Shown piece by piece: positions 1 through 13,995 of a stretch of DNA of 64,000 bases. Position numbers and translations under genes: made by a program. Origin of the DNA: Fimicolochytrium jonesii (taxonomy: Eukaryota); assembly GCF_025526975.1 (NCBI RefSeq), contig NW_026515672.1:930001-994000 (forward strand), read 5' to 3'. The notes under the pieces are model-generated. The model ran no database searches. It had not been told where the DNA came from and was given only the letters and a program-made list of their open reading frames with translations. Position 1 is the stretch's first letter, and each line of letters starts with the position of its first letter.

Positions 1-422
1 TCACACACCGCCCTGGTCACGAAAATCTTGCTTTTCGGCAGCCGCGGCAAAGCCTGTCCAGGAGCCAATTGCTCTGGGTTCTTCTTCACTAGGGCCATAA
101 ATGCGTTGTGGAACTCCACAAAGTGCTCATACCGCCGCCTGACCACATACGGCGGTGGGCGAGCTAAAACTCTCCCTAGTGTGCTTCCGGGAGTCCCAGG
201 AGGAGAAAGTGGGGAGAGCGGGATATCCAGTGGTGAGCGGTGAAAAGGGCTAGCTTGCTTTGCGCTGGTAGCTGCCCAACGAGAGGAAGTGACATTTGCG
301 GGTATGATTTGGAGTTTGAACCATATTTTGCCGTCCTCGTCAGACTTTTCGTACGAGCCTACGCGGGCGGTCTCAATATGCGGGGCAAGCCGCACGGCAG
401 GGGTGAGTGGCCGGTGTGCCAT
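1..422 (-). CDS. PX (phox homology) domain protein, 5' part; runs off the left edge
   Basis: Own minus-strand translation from the ATG at 422 (in-frame TAG just upstream): MAHRPLTPAVRLAPHIETARVGSYEKSDEDGKIWFKLQIIP...PPPYVVRRRYEHFVEFHNAF...LPRLPKSKIF. This matches the PX signature (V.RRY..F..LH ... LP.LP.K). Absent from the ORF track because there is no stop inside the window. Confidence 0.75.
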   Translation of the reverse strand, partial: MAHRPLTPAVRLAPHIETARVGSYEKSDEDGKIWFKLQIIPANVTSSRWAATSAKQASPFHRSPLDIPLSPLSPPGTPGSTLGRVLARPPPYVVRRRYEHFVEFHNAFMALVKKNPEQLAPGQALPRLPKSKIFVTRAVC

Positions 423-1297
423 CGCGAACGGTATCTATCTCCGGTGTGATGTCAGGCGGAGCCTCCCCGAGTCCGCTGTGAGGAAAGTGAGTCTGTTGCA
501 GTGATGGCAAGCAAGGCTATGAGGTGCAACTGCGTGGGAACTATCCCAATTGGGTCACTGTTATATGAACGCTGTAGCTCCGGCTGTGAAATGGACGCCG
601 GTGGCGGCTGCTGCTATAGCTGGTGGCTGTCCTCTTCCTCTAATAGTTACTGTATGTACGGGCGGTAAAAGCAGCGTAAGTGCTGTATATGTAAGTTCTG
701 TGCGTTCCAAAAGCCAGTCTCAACCCGCTAGTCCCGCTGGTTTGTTCCGCCCGTCGAACTTTTGAGAATGAATTGATAAAAGTTGTTGGACCGTTGGAGC
801 GTGCTGGGATCTGTGTGGCGTGGGGTTGGTTGGGGGGGTACGTTCCACAAGTTGCTCTTCCATGCCCCTCCCCTGCGCAAAGGAAAGGACCAAGAGAAAA
901 TATCGTATGGCCGTCATCATCAACGCAAGCCGAACCGTGGGATACGTGCGGGTTTCGGGCCCGGTAAGCGTACGCAAGTAATTGAAGTTGATCTTGAGGC
1001 TGCTGGAAGTGTTGATAACTCGATGCGGATGATTCATCATCATCTGTCTGATGAGTGGAATCCAGTTGGAGCCTGAGGAGCATCACCGGAAACCAGTGTT
1101 GAGGGAATCTTGACTTTTTTTGTTCATATGTCGCATGTCAAGGGACGGTTTCCAATGCTCGAAATGGCGTGTTTTACACCGTGACCCGATACTTCGGTAA
1201 GTTCCAAAAGACAGCCCCGATTGGCCCCAAGCCTTTTTTTTTGAAAGAAAGAAAAGAGCGGGGGGCAACATCGTCTTGCTCTCTTGCAAAGTCACTT

Positions 1298-1339
1298 CAG
1301 GTGCGTCGAAAGCCTACGCAGGTGCGTCGAAAGCCTACG
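1298..1339. repeat. Perfect 21-bp tandem duplication (CAGGTGCGTCGAAAGCCTACG x2)
   Basis: Read directly: 1298-1318 and 1319-1339. Confidence 0.95.
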
Positions 1340-1435
1340 CATTTCTCGGTCATCAAGATTGTCACGGTTGCCCAACACAAAATTCGCACTCGACGAATCC
1401 CGGGAAGGCACTCCAACAAGGGTATTACAGCATAG

Positions 1436-1858
1436 ATGGGCAATAACTTTTCGGTCAACTGGATTTGCTGCAAGGAACAGAAACGCAAGTATCAACCTGA
1501 ATGCCAAGAAGTGAAGGAACTTCTCCAGGAAAAAGAAGCGCTCCGCTCCCAACTGAGGAACCGTGACACCGAAATCCGCAACCTCAAGGCCGAATTAAGA
1601 AAGCAGAAGGTCGTAACGAGAAAAGCGAAAAGCGAATTCCAAATGTTGCAGCTTGCTGGGATCCACATTCAGAACGAACTAGCCGCTATTCGCCCGCTCG
1701 CTGCAGGCACAGTCAGAACGCTCGCGGTCATCCACCTACAAACACGGTTAGCTGCACTTCCGGCCCTCGATGATATAGGCTTGGATTTCCCTGATGATCG
1801 ATGCAGTCCGCGTTTGCTGCCTGCGGGTGCCAAGCGTTTGCGGACCGTCTACGAATGA
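1436..1858 (+). CDS. Hypothetical 140-aa coiled-coil protein with a predicted N-acylation motif
   Basis: Intronless ORF starting MGNNFS (MGxxxS) with CC at positions 11-12, then a heptad-rich segment (VKELLQEKEALRSQLRNRDTEIRNLKAELRK). AATAAA at ~2000. No family recognised. Confidence 0.4.
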   Translation: MGNNFSVNWICCKEQKRKYQPECQEVKELLQEKEALRSQLRNRDTEIRNLKAELRKQKVVTRKAKSEFQMLQLAGIHIQNELAAIRPLAAGTVRTLAVIHLQTRLAALPALDDIGLDFPDDRCSPRLLPAGAKRLRTVYE

Positions 1859-2672
1859 GTTTCGACCCGCTGAGGGGGATAGGAATTCCTTGTGTATGGA
1901 AGCCTACTCCGGCAGAGAGTCGAGAGAACCTAAAGGAAAAGTGCCACGCTTAGTGAAAACAGAACTTTATAGACCAAAGTATCTCGCCGGGCGACAGTGA
2001 ATAAAAGCCAAGGAAACCGAGGCAGACACGGCATAGACAGACAACTAACTACGCGATGTGCCGGCTATGAACACATCATAGCGACAGTCATGCAGAGATA
2101 TTCAGACACCGGATAACCACGTGGCGATGTGGACCGGGGAGCACAAAACTTCCTGTGACTGGCGAATATCGAAGATACCAAGGCGGTCGACGATATTTCT
2201 CGACCGCATTGCTCGACGGAGGCAGGACATCTCGAAACGTACCGAAACGTACCTTGATTACACCATCATCCTCGGCCATGATAGGACACTAAGGATGGGC
2301 GATGTCCCGCAACCACCTCAGGCCGGTGATTACTGTCCCGTTCCCATCTTAAGGAATCCGGATACACGTAGAGAACGACTGTTTTGGCACCGATCCAAGC
2401 TGGACTCGTCAGCCGGTCGAATCGCGGTAGCCGCCGTCGTTTGTGAATGTACTATTCAGACGCAGGTAGAATGACTCGTGCTGCCATCGTCACGGGAGCG
2501 GTTGCCCTGTGATTGAGAGAGGTGTTGTCTGAGGAGGACCCTGCGCGTTTCCTACCTGGCTGATGGCGCCTACCACACACATATACATAAAGGACACCAT
2601 TGGCTCCACACTGGTTGCATTCGTGGCTTCTCACAAATTTCAATGCAATGATACAACCGTCCAATAAGAGAT

Positions 2673-3359
2673 CTACTTTGACTTCGATTTGGTATTTATA
2701 TATGTCTCCCCCAAATCCAAACATCGCAAGAATGCCGGGTACATCAAGAAATACCCCACAGCAACAGCCGCAACGACGTTCAGGCCGACAGGAACGGTGG
2801 ACATTGGAATGGCGCCCAACAAAAGGCGATCTAACGCTAAGGCGTAAGGTACAACCAGATCTGAGCTCTCGCTGTAGGATACACCCGCAGCTATTGGCCC
2901 CAGCTTTAAGTATAGTATATCTGCCGATCCATCCCGCAGTAAATCCATTGACCAGTCGGCAGGTGTGATGGCAGCCCAGCATACGCGCACCTCATAGGTC
3001 TGGTGCGGTATCAACGATTGCGGGAGCTTGAACACTCTCCAACTATTGGCAATTGCTACTGCGTCCAGATACTGACATCCCGCTTTGTGCTTCTGCTTTG
3101 CAACCAAAGACCCATAGACGTATGTTGTCCCAAAAATCGAAGCCGGCCCATTCAGCTCTGTGACGGCAACATCCTCTGATATGTTCCACCGTCTGAAGAT
3201 GGCCGACACGTTCTCAAGAGATTGTGTTTTCCTTGGCGAAAAGATCTTTTTCTCTACGTTTGCTGAAACTGTCGATACCAGCATACAGAGCAACAGCAGC
3301 CGCAACCACAGCCATCTAGAAGGAGACGACCTCCTCGTTGGTATGGTTTGATACGTCAT
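2673..3359 (-). CDS. GPI-mannosyltransferase II co-activator (Pga1-like) ER membrane protein
   Basis: Signal peptide followed by ANVEKKIF, YEVRVCWAAITP and LALDRLLLGAIP, then a C-terminal TM helix and a K-rich tail. This pattern is typical of fungal Pga1-family proteins. Confidence 0.65.
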   Translation of the reverse strand: MTYQTIPTRRSSPSRWLWLRLLLLCMLVSTVSANVEKKIFSPRKTQSLENVSAIFRRWNISEDVAVTELNGPASIFGTTYVYGSLVAKQKHKAGCQYLDAVAIANSWRVFKLPQSLIPHQTYEVRVCWAAITPADWSMDLLRDGSADILYLKLGPIAAGVSYSESSDLVVPYALALDRLLLGAIPMSTVPVGLNVVAAVAVGYFLMYPAFLRCLDLGETYINTKSKSK

Positions 3360-3689
3360 TGAGGAGGGGAGTTTCTCTGGGGACCAAACGATGAGTCAGC
3401 CAAAGTCCACGAGGAACCGAGAAAGCTGTTCAATGGATAGCTCGGCGCAGGACGTACTGTACTTGGGAGGACGGAAGTTCCTTTGCTAAGGATCTCTCCT
3501 GAGCTCCAATGAGCTCCGATGTCCATGTCCAGACTGTCCCGAGTCTCAAAACGCGTGTGCCAGAAAAGTGGGTTCTCCTCTTCTCACGCTGCTTCTCACG
3601 CTGCCTCTTGAAATTCCGGTCGCACACGTAACAAGTGTCCCTCAGCATCAGCAAGCACAAGCGGACTACCGGAAAGCCACGGTTTCGAC

Positions 3690-5598
3690 ATGAGCAGCAC
3701 TGTAAAGGTATCGTCATGCTTGTATCGTCGCCTGTACCTGGCACGGAGGTCCCGGCATCGGCCACCGGGGTGTTGGAGACAGTCCACAGCATTTCTTACG
3801 AGCTTTCCTCTCGGTCTGTCAATACGAACACTTGCCACGCATGCGCAGGTTATTGCCACGCATAGCGGCACGTAAGTTGTCTGTTTGTCGGAAGGAATTC
3901 CTTTTGTGGCGAACGCAGTTGTTGAGAAACTTTCCGCATTGACAGCTTCCACGCCGATGAGTCCCTGGCGGTTTCCATGTTGAAGTGAGTGCCCTCAAAC
4001 CTCTTCGAGAGCGGATTTAGTTCAGTTAACTTATCGTAAAACCTTGCTAGGCACCTCCCTGAGTACATCGATGCCGGTAATACATCAATGGACCCAGAAG
4101 TGGCTGATAGACCGGCATTAATGACAATCGCACCTTTCCAGATATCGTCCGGTCCCGTGATCCAGCCGTCTTGGCGAAGGCCGACATCGTCGTTGATGTT
4201 GGTGGTGAATATGTGCCCGAGAAGTTCCGGTTTGACCATCATCAACGTGGATTCACGCAGACTTTCGGCCCGAGCTATGACATTCTGTAGGTTCCTACAC
4301 GCTGTTGTCCGCGGGACCATCTCATTTGACACCCCAATGAGTCTCATTCGCGATCACTTTTCAGGTTGTCATCCGCTGGCCTTGTATACAAGCACTTCGG
4401 ACGTCGGGTAGTGGCTGAGATCTTGGGATGGACCAACGAAGACCCCCGCCTTGACGTTGTGTACCAGAAGATCTACGACGATTTTGTCCTCGCTGTATGC
4501 ATGCGCCTGCCTACTTCTTGATAACCGAGAAGATGACACTAACGATCAACCACTACAGTTTGACGGCATTGACAACGGTGTATCGCAGTACGACAACTCC
4601 ATCAAGCCAAAGTACCGCGACCCTACCAATGCTAGCTCGCGGGTTTCGAAGCTGAACCCTTGGTGGAATGAGACGAATGTGGACTATCAGGAACGGTTCT
4701 TGCAAGCCGGTGAGATGTCTGCCTGATGGTTCATCAAAGAGGGTTTCGATGCCTTCCTCGGATGCCTTTGCTGACGTGGGGGTCTTTTTCTCTCGGAAGT
4801 CGCCATGGTTGGCGCTGAGTTCAAACAACGCGTAAGCTGCTTCCCAACTCCTGGTCCCTCCCTTGACAATCGTACTTATCGCGCGAACACCCGATAGGTA
4901 CTGTACACGGCCATGGCATGGCTTCCCGGCCGCGAGCTCGTCGTGAAGGCGCTCCAATCCCGTTTCGAGCACGACCCAAGCGGCCACATTGTCGTCCTGG
5001 ACCAGTTCTGCCCCTGGAAAGAGCACCTGTACGCATGCAGCGGAGCAAAGCAGTGACATTGTTTGCAGCTGGAGCTCATTCCATTTGTGGTTGTGGTAGG
5101 CATTTGCTGGAAGAGGAGCAATCTATCGCGCAGGATAAGAGGCCGATTTACGTGCTTTATGAGGATGATACCGCCAAGCAGTGGCGGATCCAGGCTGGTG
5201 AGACCTCGTCATCGCGTTTGTTTACGTGTTCGTCTCTACTGGAAACCCACTCACACCCGTCCTGTACAGTGTCCGTAACCCCCGACTCATTCCAAAGCCG
5301 GAAGGCTCTCCCTGAACCCTGGAGAGTAAGCGCCCCCCCATCCCTCCAGTCGGCATCGCAATTCTGAAGCACTGATCTCATTTGTCCGCTCTTCTCCAGG
5401 GAATCCGCGACCAGGCGCTCAGCGACCTGACCGGTATCCCCGGCGGTGTCTTCGTGCACGCTAGTGGGTTCATTGGTGGCAATCAGACAAAGGTATGGTG
5501 ATCATACCGATAAGTAAGGGCGGGGGCGTTTGACGACTGATCGTCTTGTTCTACAGGACGGTGCGATGGAGATGGCGAAGAAGGCTTTGGCTTTCTAG
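3690..5598 (+). CDS. MYG1: MYG1 family DHH-like exonuclease (multi-exon)
   Basis: Spliced reading MSSTVK|VIATHSGT|FHADESLAVSML ... IVVDVGGEY ... FDHHQRGF ... LSSAGLVYKHFG ... DGIDNG ... QWRIQA ... SRKALPEPWR|GIRD ... FVHASGFIGGN; stop TAG at 5596-5598. Confidence 0.93.
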
Positions 5599-5848
5599 AG
5601 TTAAGAGTTGGTACAGCTGACGATGGTGGAGACATGGGGGCGATCTGCCGGTCTCTGGGAAATGATATGTTGTAGACTTGCAGTCCGTTGCCGTATGAGT
5701 TTGAACGACGTATATGGGCGATGGTATAGTCATGGCATTCGTAGCGCAGATCTATGTAGAATCTCGTCTTCACGTGCATGTCAACGGGTCGCCACGGGCA
5801 AACTGTGGGTCCGTACTGTATATACAATATCTACCAAGCTACTCTATC

Positions 5849-7563
5849 CTAAACTTGCATCTTATCCTCTGGTTCAATCGCCATAACCGACTCGCCTTGC
5901 CGGGCTTTCTTACCCGACACTTCGCTCCGTTCTCTCTCGCTCGTAGGTGGCTCTTTCCGTTTTCCACCGCCGCCCTGTCGCTTCCCGTCGGTTCCTTCCC
6001 CACCCACCGTACCCTCTTTCTTCCCGCCTTGATTCTTCTGCTGCTTCTGTTGTTTCCCTGTTCCCTGGGCTTTCCCCTGGGCTTTCCCCTGTCCATCACT
6101 TTTCTGCACATCATCATCTGTACTTTTTCCCTGTTTTTCGGGCGCGGTGGTGACAGAATCCCCTTTCGATGTCGCGCCCTGACTCCCTTTATCGCCCCTA
6201 TGTCCTGCCTGATTCCCTTTCCCGCCCCTTTGCGCTGATTGATCACCCCCGCGACCTTTGCCCCTGCCACGCAGTGGCGCTGTTGTCCGGAAGGTTTTGA
6301 TCTGGGTTGGGAGGTAGATCCCTTTCTCGGTCGTAGCCGCCGTTGGTGCGGCGGGAACTATGGTTGTTGGAGGAGGGGCGCTTGCGGGCGCTTCGTCCGG
6401 TTTCGCGATTGGCGGTGGTGGGAGCCAGGGAATGACCGGGGCCTCAACTTTCGATGCGACAAGAGTACAAAACGCGTCGAACTCTGGTGAGTTCTTCTGC
6501 AGGAATAGCCAACTTGTCAGTAGATGTCCGCAGACCATAGAAGAAAGCGATGCTTATACGCACAATGATACCCAGCGCCCCACAGCTCTTCATTCCCAGG
6601 GCATCTGCCAACCGCGCTTGAGCACCTTTCGCGAGCGGACACAGCCGTATGTCGCCGCCGGCGAGGTAGGTCAGTGTGGGTATATGCGCGTAGAGGTTGA
6701 CTGAGGGCATGTCGCCCGTGCATAGAAATATGAGGCGGAGGTTGACTGGGTCGGACGTGCCGGTTTGTGAGGGTGAGATTGTTGATGCACGCGTAAGCTG
6801 TGTTGATATGGTGTTCAAACCGAGCATGATGGATTTCATTATTGAGGGTGGTGGGACGGTATCGGGGGCCGTCGCTGCTTTCAGTGAATCGAATGGGACA
6901 TCCGGAAGTGGTCGCGAACTCGGAGAGCCCGCAGTAGTATTTCTCACATCCTTCTTTTTCTGCTTCTTCAACAGCTTTTGGGCGGCCTCCCTCTCCGCCA
7001 GCGTTTGCGGAAGTGCCGTCTGCGGTGCAGGTGTCGCACCGGCGGCTGATATTTGGGTGGCATCAGCAGCACTTGGAGCAGATGCCTCTTTCTCCTTCGC
7101 TAACTTCGCAAGCGCTTTCGCCTTTTGGCGAGCGGCTTTTCTCTCTCTGGCACACTCGTGCCGTGCTTGGGTGACGGCGCGGCGATGGGTGCCGATAGGA
7201 GCCAGCAGACTGTCACAAAGAGAGATGTCAGGGGAGAATAGCTTTCTCCGGTTCGGCACGCATTCGACGCACCTGCATAACAGCTCCATTATATCTTGGT
7301 TATCGGCCTCTGAGAGCGTTGGCCTGGAAACAGCGAACCGTCGTCAGAAATCCCGTCACGGCATCCACTAGCTTGGAGAGAGTCAATACCAACCACTTGT
7401 AGTTAAACGGCGACTCGAGAACATGCTTGAACACTGCCCTCCTCCCTTTCTCTTTCAACGCCGTATCGTTGTCCTTCGGGTCATACACATATCCGGGTTG
7501 CTTTTGAGGACCGCGTCCGGAACTCGCGGTGCTCCCCTTTGCAACCTTGTTGTTGCTTGTCAT
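5849..7563 (-). CDS. POP3: RNase P/MRP subunit Pop3/Rpp38-like (L7Ae-fold), multi-exon
   Basis: N-terminal VFKHVLESPFNYKW. Core MLGLNTISTQL...IFLCTGD...LYAHIPTL...LCPLAKGAQARLADALGMKSCGALGI, then VEAPVIPWL and YLPTQIK, then a K/G-rich tail. Confidence 0.7.
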
Positions 7564-7929
7564 CTCTCTCTTTGATAAAACGAGGGGACAGTTGGAAAGG
7601 ATGGTTGAGTGTTTCCGATGCGCTTTAGTTTGTAGCGAGTCCACATTTACTGCTTTTCCGAAGCACCTGGTTGAGTTGGAAGCAATAACAAGTGAGCGAA
7701 GGAGCAGGAGGGAAGGTCGCTGGTGGAGGTGTGGCGCACGGCGTGGCTTGCGCGTCCCAACAGTGACTTCCCTCAATTCACATTCGCACAGCTTTGTCTT
7801 TCGAAACTCCAAACCTCCAACTCCGTACAATCGACGAAAGCATTGGCGACAACAATCTTCGACGATTCCACATAATCGGGGACACAGGAACGGTCACTGC
7901 AACGAGATAGTGTCACTCACTTTTAGTAG

Positions 7930-10598
<2,669 letters not shown>

Positions 10599-10885
10599 AG
10601 GATGGGAAGGCTGGGAGAAGGGAGTGGTGAACGTCAGCATTGGATAGCCCAACGCCTTTTGTTCCGTAGGGTTCGGTGAGATGTACACTAGCCTCGGCTT
10701 CGCCACAAGTGTTAGTGGATGCATTTGGTATTTATTCTTAGGAGATATTTGTTCTTCGCTCGCTGGAATATTCATAATTATATGCGAAAAGGAAACCAAT
10801 AGCGTTCGGAGAACGACTTGACTCACAATTCACCCCAAGGAACTGTGAATGAATGCCCAGACTTTCATTAGCGTAGTTCTAAAAT

Positions 10886-12113
10886 CTAAGCATAAAGCTT
10901 GACAAAACATCGATGGCAATAGGGATTTTCATCATGCTGCCTGAACCCAGCATTCCCTCTCGCCGCCCCACCCCATCCAGGATCCTGTGTCGGAAGATCC
11001 AGCTGGTTCTTGCAAAAGTAGCACTGGAAGCATTCCACATGGTATCGCTTCCCACATGCTCGCACGGCCCGCCCGATCAAGGGGTTCTCGCAGGTAGCGC
11101 ATTTTGGGGCCGTGAGGACGTGGTAATCGCGTTCGCAGTATGGATAGCCTTCGTGTTCGAATGCGTTGTCTGCCGCAAGGGCTCGTTTGCATTGCTGTGA
11201 TGGATGTGGATGATCAGTCATTGGTTGTGTGCAGCGGGACCCAGGTTGTCAAAGGCCGGGGGAACCTTACCGTGCATGCAAAGCACTCCCTATGGTACTT
11301 CTTATCAGACTGGACGATGTAGTCGCCCGCCAGCGGGTGCTTACATCTCGTGCATTCGTAAGCGAACAGTGCCGAGAAGTCTTCCTCGCAATAGGCCATT
11401 CCATCTGATTCCATGAAGCTTTCGTTTGGGCCGAAAGTGCGACCACATTGCGCACAGAAGAAGTGTTCTGGGTGGAAACACTTACCAAGAGCTGATATAC
11501 ATCGCTGTAATGGGATAGGAGTAGGAAAACGGTGAGTGAAAGAGGTTCTGCAGCCGACCAAAAGGCTGGTGCGGTGGGAATGTTTACTCACGTCTTTGAT
11601 GGCTTGCTCGCAGTACGCGCACTTCTGGCTGAACTTGTCATGGTAGCAGCCTTCACAGTAGACATCTGGAAACACCTCAAAATACTGCATTCCCGTCAAC
11701 CGCCGCCGACACGTCTGCACACAACAACGGAAGCAATCTTGGTGAAATGGTCGCTCCCCTAATGCGACCACTGAGACGCCCATGATGGGCCGATTGCAAC
11801 TGAAGCAGGGTGTGGCAGAAGGCACGAGGTTGCGGTCCACTTCATCCCCATGTGACGGGAAACTGTCCTGATTGGTATTCGAAAACTGGGACATCGGGGT
11901 TCCGAAAGCCGGAATATCTTTGTTGAGACCAAATCCTTTTGGTGCGCCATTTGATCCGTCATTGCCGCCTGCTTTCCCCGGCGGGGCAAAGCCTGACACC
12001 CCATCCTGTAGCTCGGAAAGCAGTTTATCTTATATGGAAAGTGAAAGCGATTTGTCAGACTTGGATTCCCACTGACGCGTATGCTTCCGCAGACACTTAC
12101 CGAGTTCGTCCAT
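10886..12113 (-). CDS. PXL1: Paxillin-like protein (one N-terminal LD motif plus four LIM domains)
   Basis: Exon 1 (12113-12101) spliced to 12028 gives MDELDKLLSEL (LD motif). Four CxxC...HxxC/H..CxxC...CxxD/C LIM domains follow, ending YCHRCFVKLYA*. Confidence 0.85.
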
Positions 12114-12134
12114 GTTTTGTTGGGGAGTCTTATC

Positions 12135-12208
12135 GAATTTCTGTAGATGGAGTAGATGGGCTTCAGTCTAGGAATTTCTGTAGATGGAGTAGATGGGCTT
12201 CAGTCTAG
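12135..12208. repeat. Perfect 37-bp tandem duplication
   Basis: GAATTTCTGTAGATGGAGTAGATGGGCTTCAGTCTAG at 12135-12171 and 12172-12208. Confidence 0.95.
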
Positions 12209-12365
12209 GTGGTGTTCTAAGATGGGCCAACTGAGAGTGCTCTGAAAGTCTGTGAATATCGAGATGTTGCGATGGCAGCGGGAAGCCCACCTTTTATGTT
12301 GCACATAGCTTGACTTCAGAACACTCTCAGTTGGCCCATATCAGAACACCACCCAGACTGAAGCC
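12196..12365. repeat. Long inverted repeat (55/54-bp arms, 61-bp spacer); hairpin or MITE-like
   Basis: 12196-12250 versus the reverse complement of 12312-12365: 4 substitutions and 1 indel. No flanking TSD seen. Confidence 0.9.
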
Positions 12366-12384
12366 TCAACGCATCTTGAACTTT

Positions 12385-12603
12385 AAACGAAAGGCCGTTA
12401 CTATTCTTGGTAGGTGGCGAGATCGGATCGCCGGCTGCTTGCTAAAGACGTAGCTTGGTTAAGCGTACTGAAATATTTCTGGCAAGGACAGGGCCGGTGA
12501 CGCATCCTAAACTGAGGTCAAACGAAAGGCAGTTACTATTCTTGGTAGGTGACGAGATCGGATCGCCGGCTGCTTACTAAAGACGTAGCTTGGTTAAGCG
12601 TAC
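12385..12603. repeat. Direct repeat, 84-bp core x2 (135-bp period)
   Basis: 12385-12468 and 12520-12603 differ at 3 positions. Both are preceded by ACGCATC. Confidence 0.93.
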
Positions 12604-12707
12604 GGTACTGACGTTAATGGACTGCCAAGGGTGACTCTTATCCTGTGTCTCGCGGGGAGGTGGAGCAGCTAGGCTCCCGACGTCTTCGACAGCCGACAGC
12701 CTTGAAC

Positions 12708-12827
12708 TCCGTAGCCGTGCAGAGTGGGAGCGAAGGTAAGTTCAAGGTAAGCGCCTTCTGAAACCTTTCCGTAGCCGTGCAGAGTGGGAGCGAAGGTAAG
12801 TTCAAGGTAAGCGCCTTCTGAAACCTT
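12708..12827. repeat. Perfect 60-bp tandem duplication
   Basis: TCCGTAGCCGTGCAGAGTGGGAGCGAAGGTAAGTTCAAGGTAAGCGCCTTCTGAAACCTT at 12708-12767 and 12768-12827. Confidence 0.95.
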
Positions 12828-12963
12828 CTGAAGGTCTGGTGGAATCGGTGAAGTCGGAGCAGCCGACGCGTTGGCCTCGTTCTCCTCCCAGCCTTGAAGT
12901 CGATCTCCAAAGCCAGGAGAACAGACAACGAAGGTTCTTAGACTCGCCCCTCCGACCGCAGCC

Positions 12964-13836
12964 ATGAAGTTCGCACAGCAACTGAACACCGCGGTTCATC
13001 AACCCTGGGCAAATTATTACGTGGACTACAAACTCCTGAAGAAACGGCTCAAGGACCTTCAGAGAGAGTATGTTTCCGCAGTGGCGTTTGCATGTGTATT
13101 TTGGAGGGGGGCTCCGCCGCACCGGGCCAAAGAAACACGGGAGCACTGGAGTGTTGACGCAGTGTCTTCAATCCTTGTATAGGCACGAGTCGCATGAGGT
13201 GCCGCCTCTTTCTGTTCGGACCCCGCAGCCGTCCCATCCTGCTCCGTCGGACCGCTTCACTCACAAGGAACTTCAGAGGGCTTTCTTCCAAGCGGTCGAA
13301 AACGAGGTCGGTCTCCTCCCCCAAGGTCCGCTTCGCCCTTCACGGCATCTTATATTCACGCGTGCCCGCTCCCTTTCTGCAATTAGGTTGACAAAGTCGA
13401 ATGGTTTTATATGCATAGAGTGCACCACGCGCGGCGCGAGATGCAGGAACTGATGGAGCGCTGGTTTCGTCTAAGCCGCTATGCCGAGTTCGACGAGTAT
13501 CCACTCTCCGCGACGGATATTACGCACCATGTGGACCAAGAGAAAGAGATTTTCTCACACTTCAACGCCGATCTCTCTGCTTTACTGCACCATCTCCAAC
13601 TTCTGTCTGGGAACTACCTTGCGATGTGCAGAATGGCCATTGTGAAGATTCTGAAGAAACATGACAAGTTAGAAGCTCGACACGCCGGACTGGCGTGCAA
13701 GGAGGCGGTCGTGAGGACAATACGAGCGGATCGACGATTTTGGCAGGCGGACGATCTGATTCGCTTGTTGGATGAGGTGAAGCGATTCAAGTGGGATGTC
13801 ATCAAGGCTCACATTCGCACTGGCGCCGAACGATGA
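12964..13836 (+). CDS. Stand-alone SPX domain protein (multi-exon)
   Basis: MKFAQQL...WANYYVDYKLLKK ... FFQAVENE|VDKVEWFY ... NYLAMCRMAIVKILKKHDK. The stop follows shortly after the domain. Confidence 0.88.
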
Positions 13837-13995
13837 GAGACTTGGTCGGCGTGATTCTTAAATCAGTGTATTACGATCCATGTGTAGATACCCAGGTAGC
13901 AGTTAGGTTATTTCGAAACGTTTTTGGGGCATTGTCTATTGTAAATAGGATAGTAAATATGATACAATTGCATATTGAACTTTCGTCCCTCCCTA

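Noticed and set aside
640..1086. 148-aa minus-strand ORF upstream of the PX gene
   Set aside because: No recognisable domain and no convincing splice link to the PX exon. It may be UTR or chance.
2121..2474. 117-aa + strand ORF
   Set aside because: No family motif or compositional support.
12135..12208. The 37-bp repeat begins AATTTCTGTAGAT, superficially like a Cas12a CRISPR repeat
   Set aside because: The two copies are directly adjacent with no spacer, the context is eukaryotic and there are no cas genes. It is a plain tandem duplication.
12500..12540. CTGAGGTC...CGAAA resembling a hammerhead ribozyme core
   Set aside because: The CUGANGA core is not matched and no supporting stems are evident.
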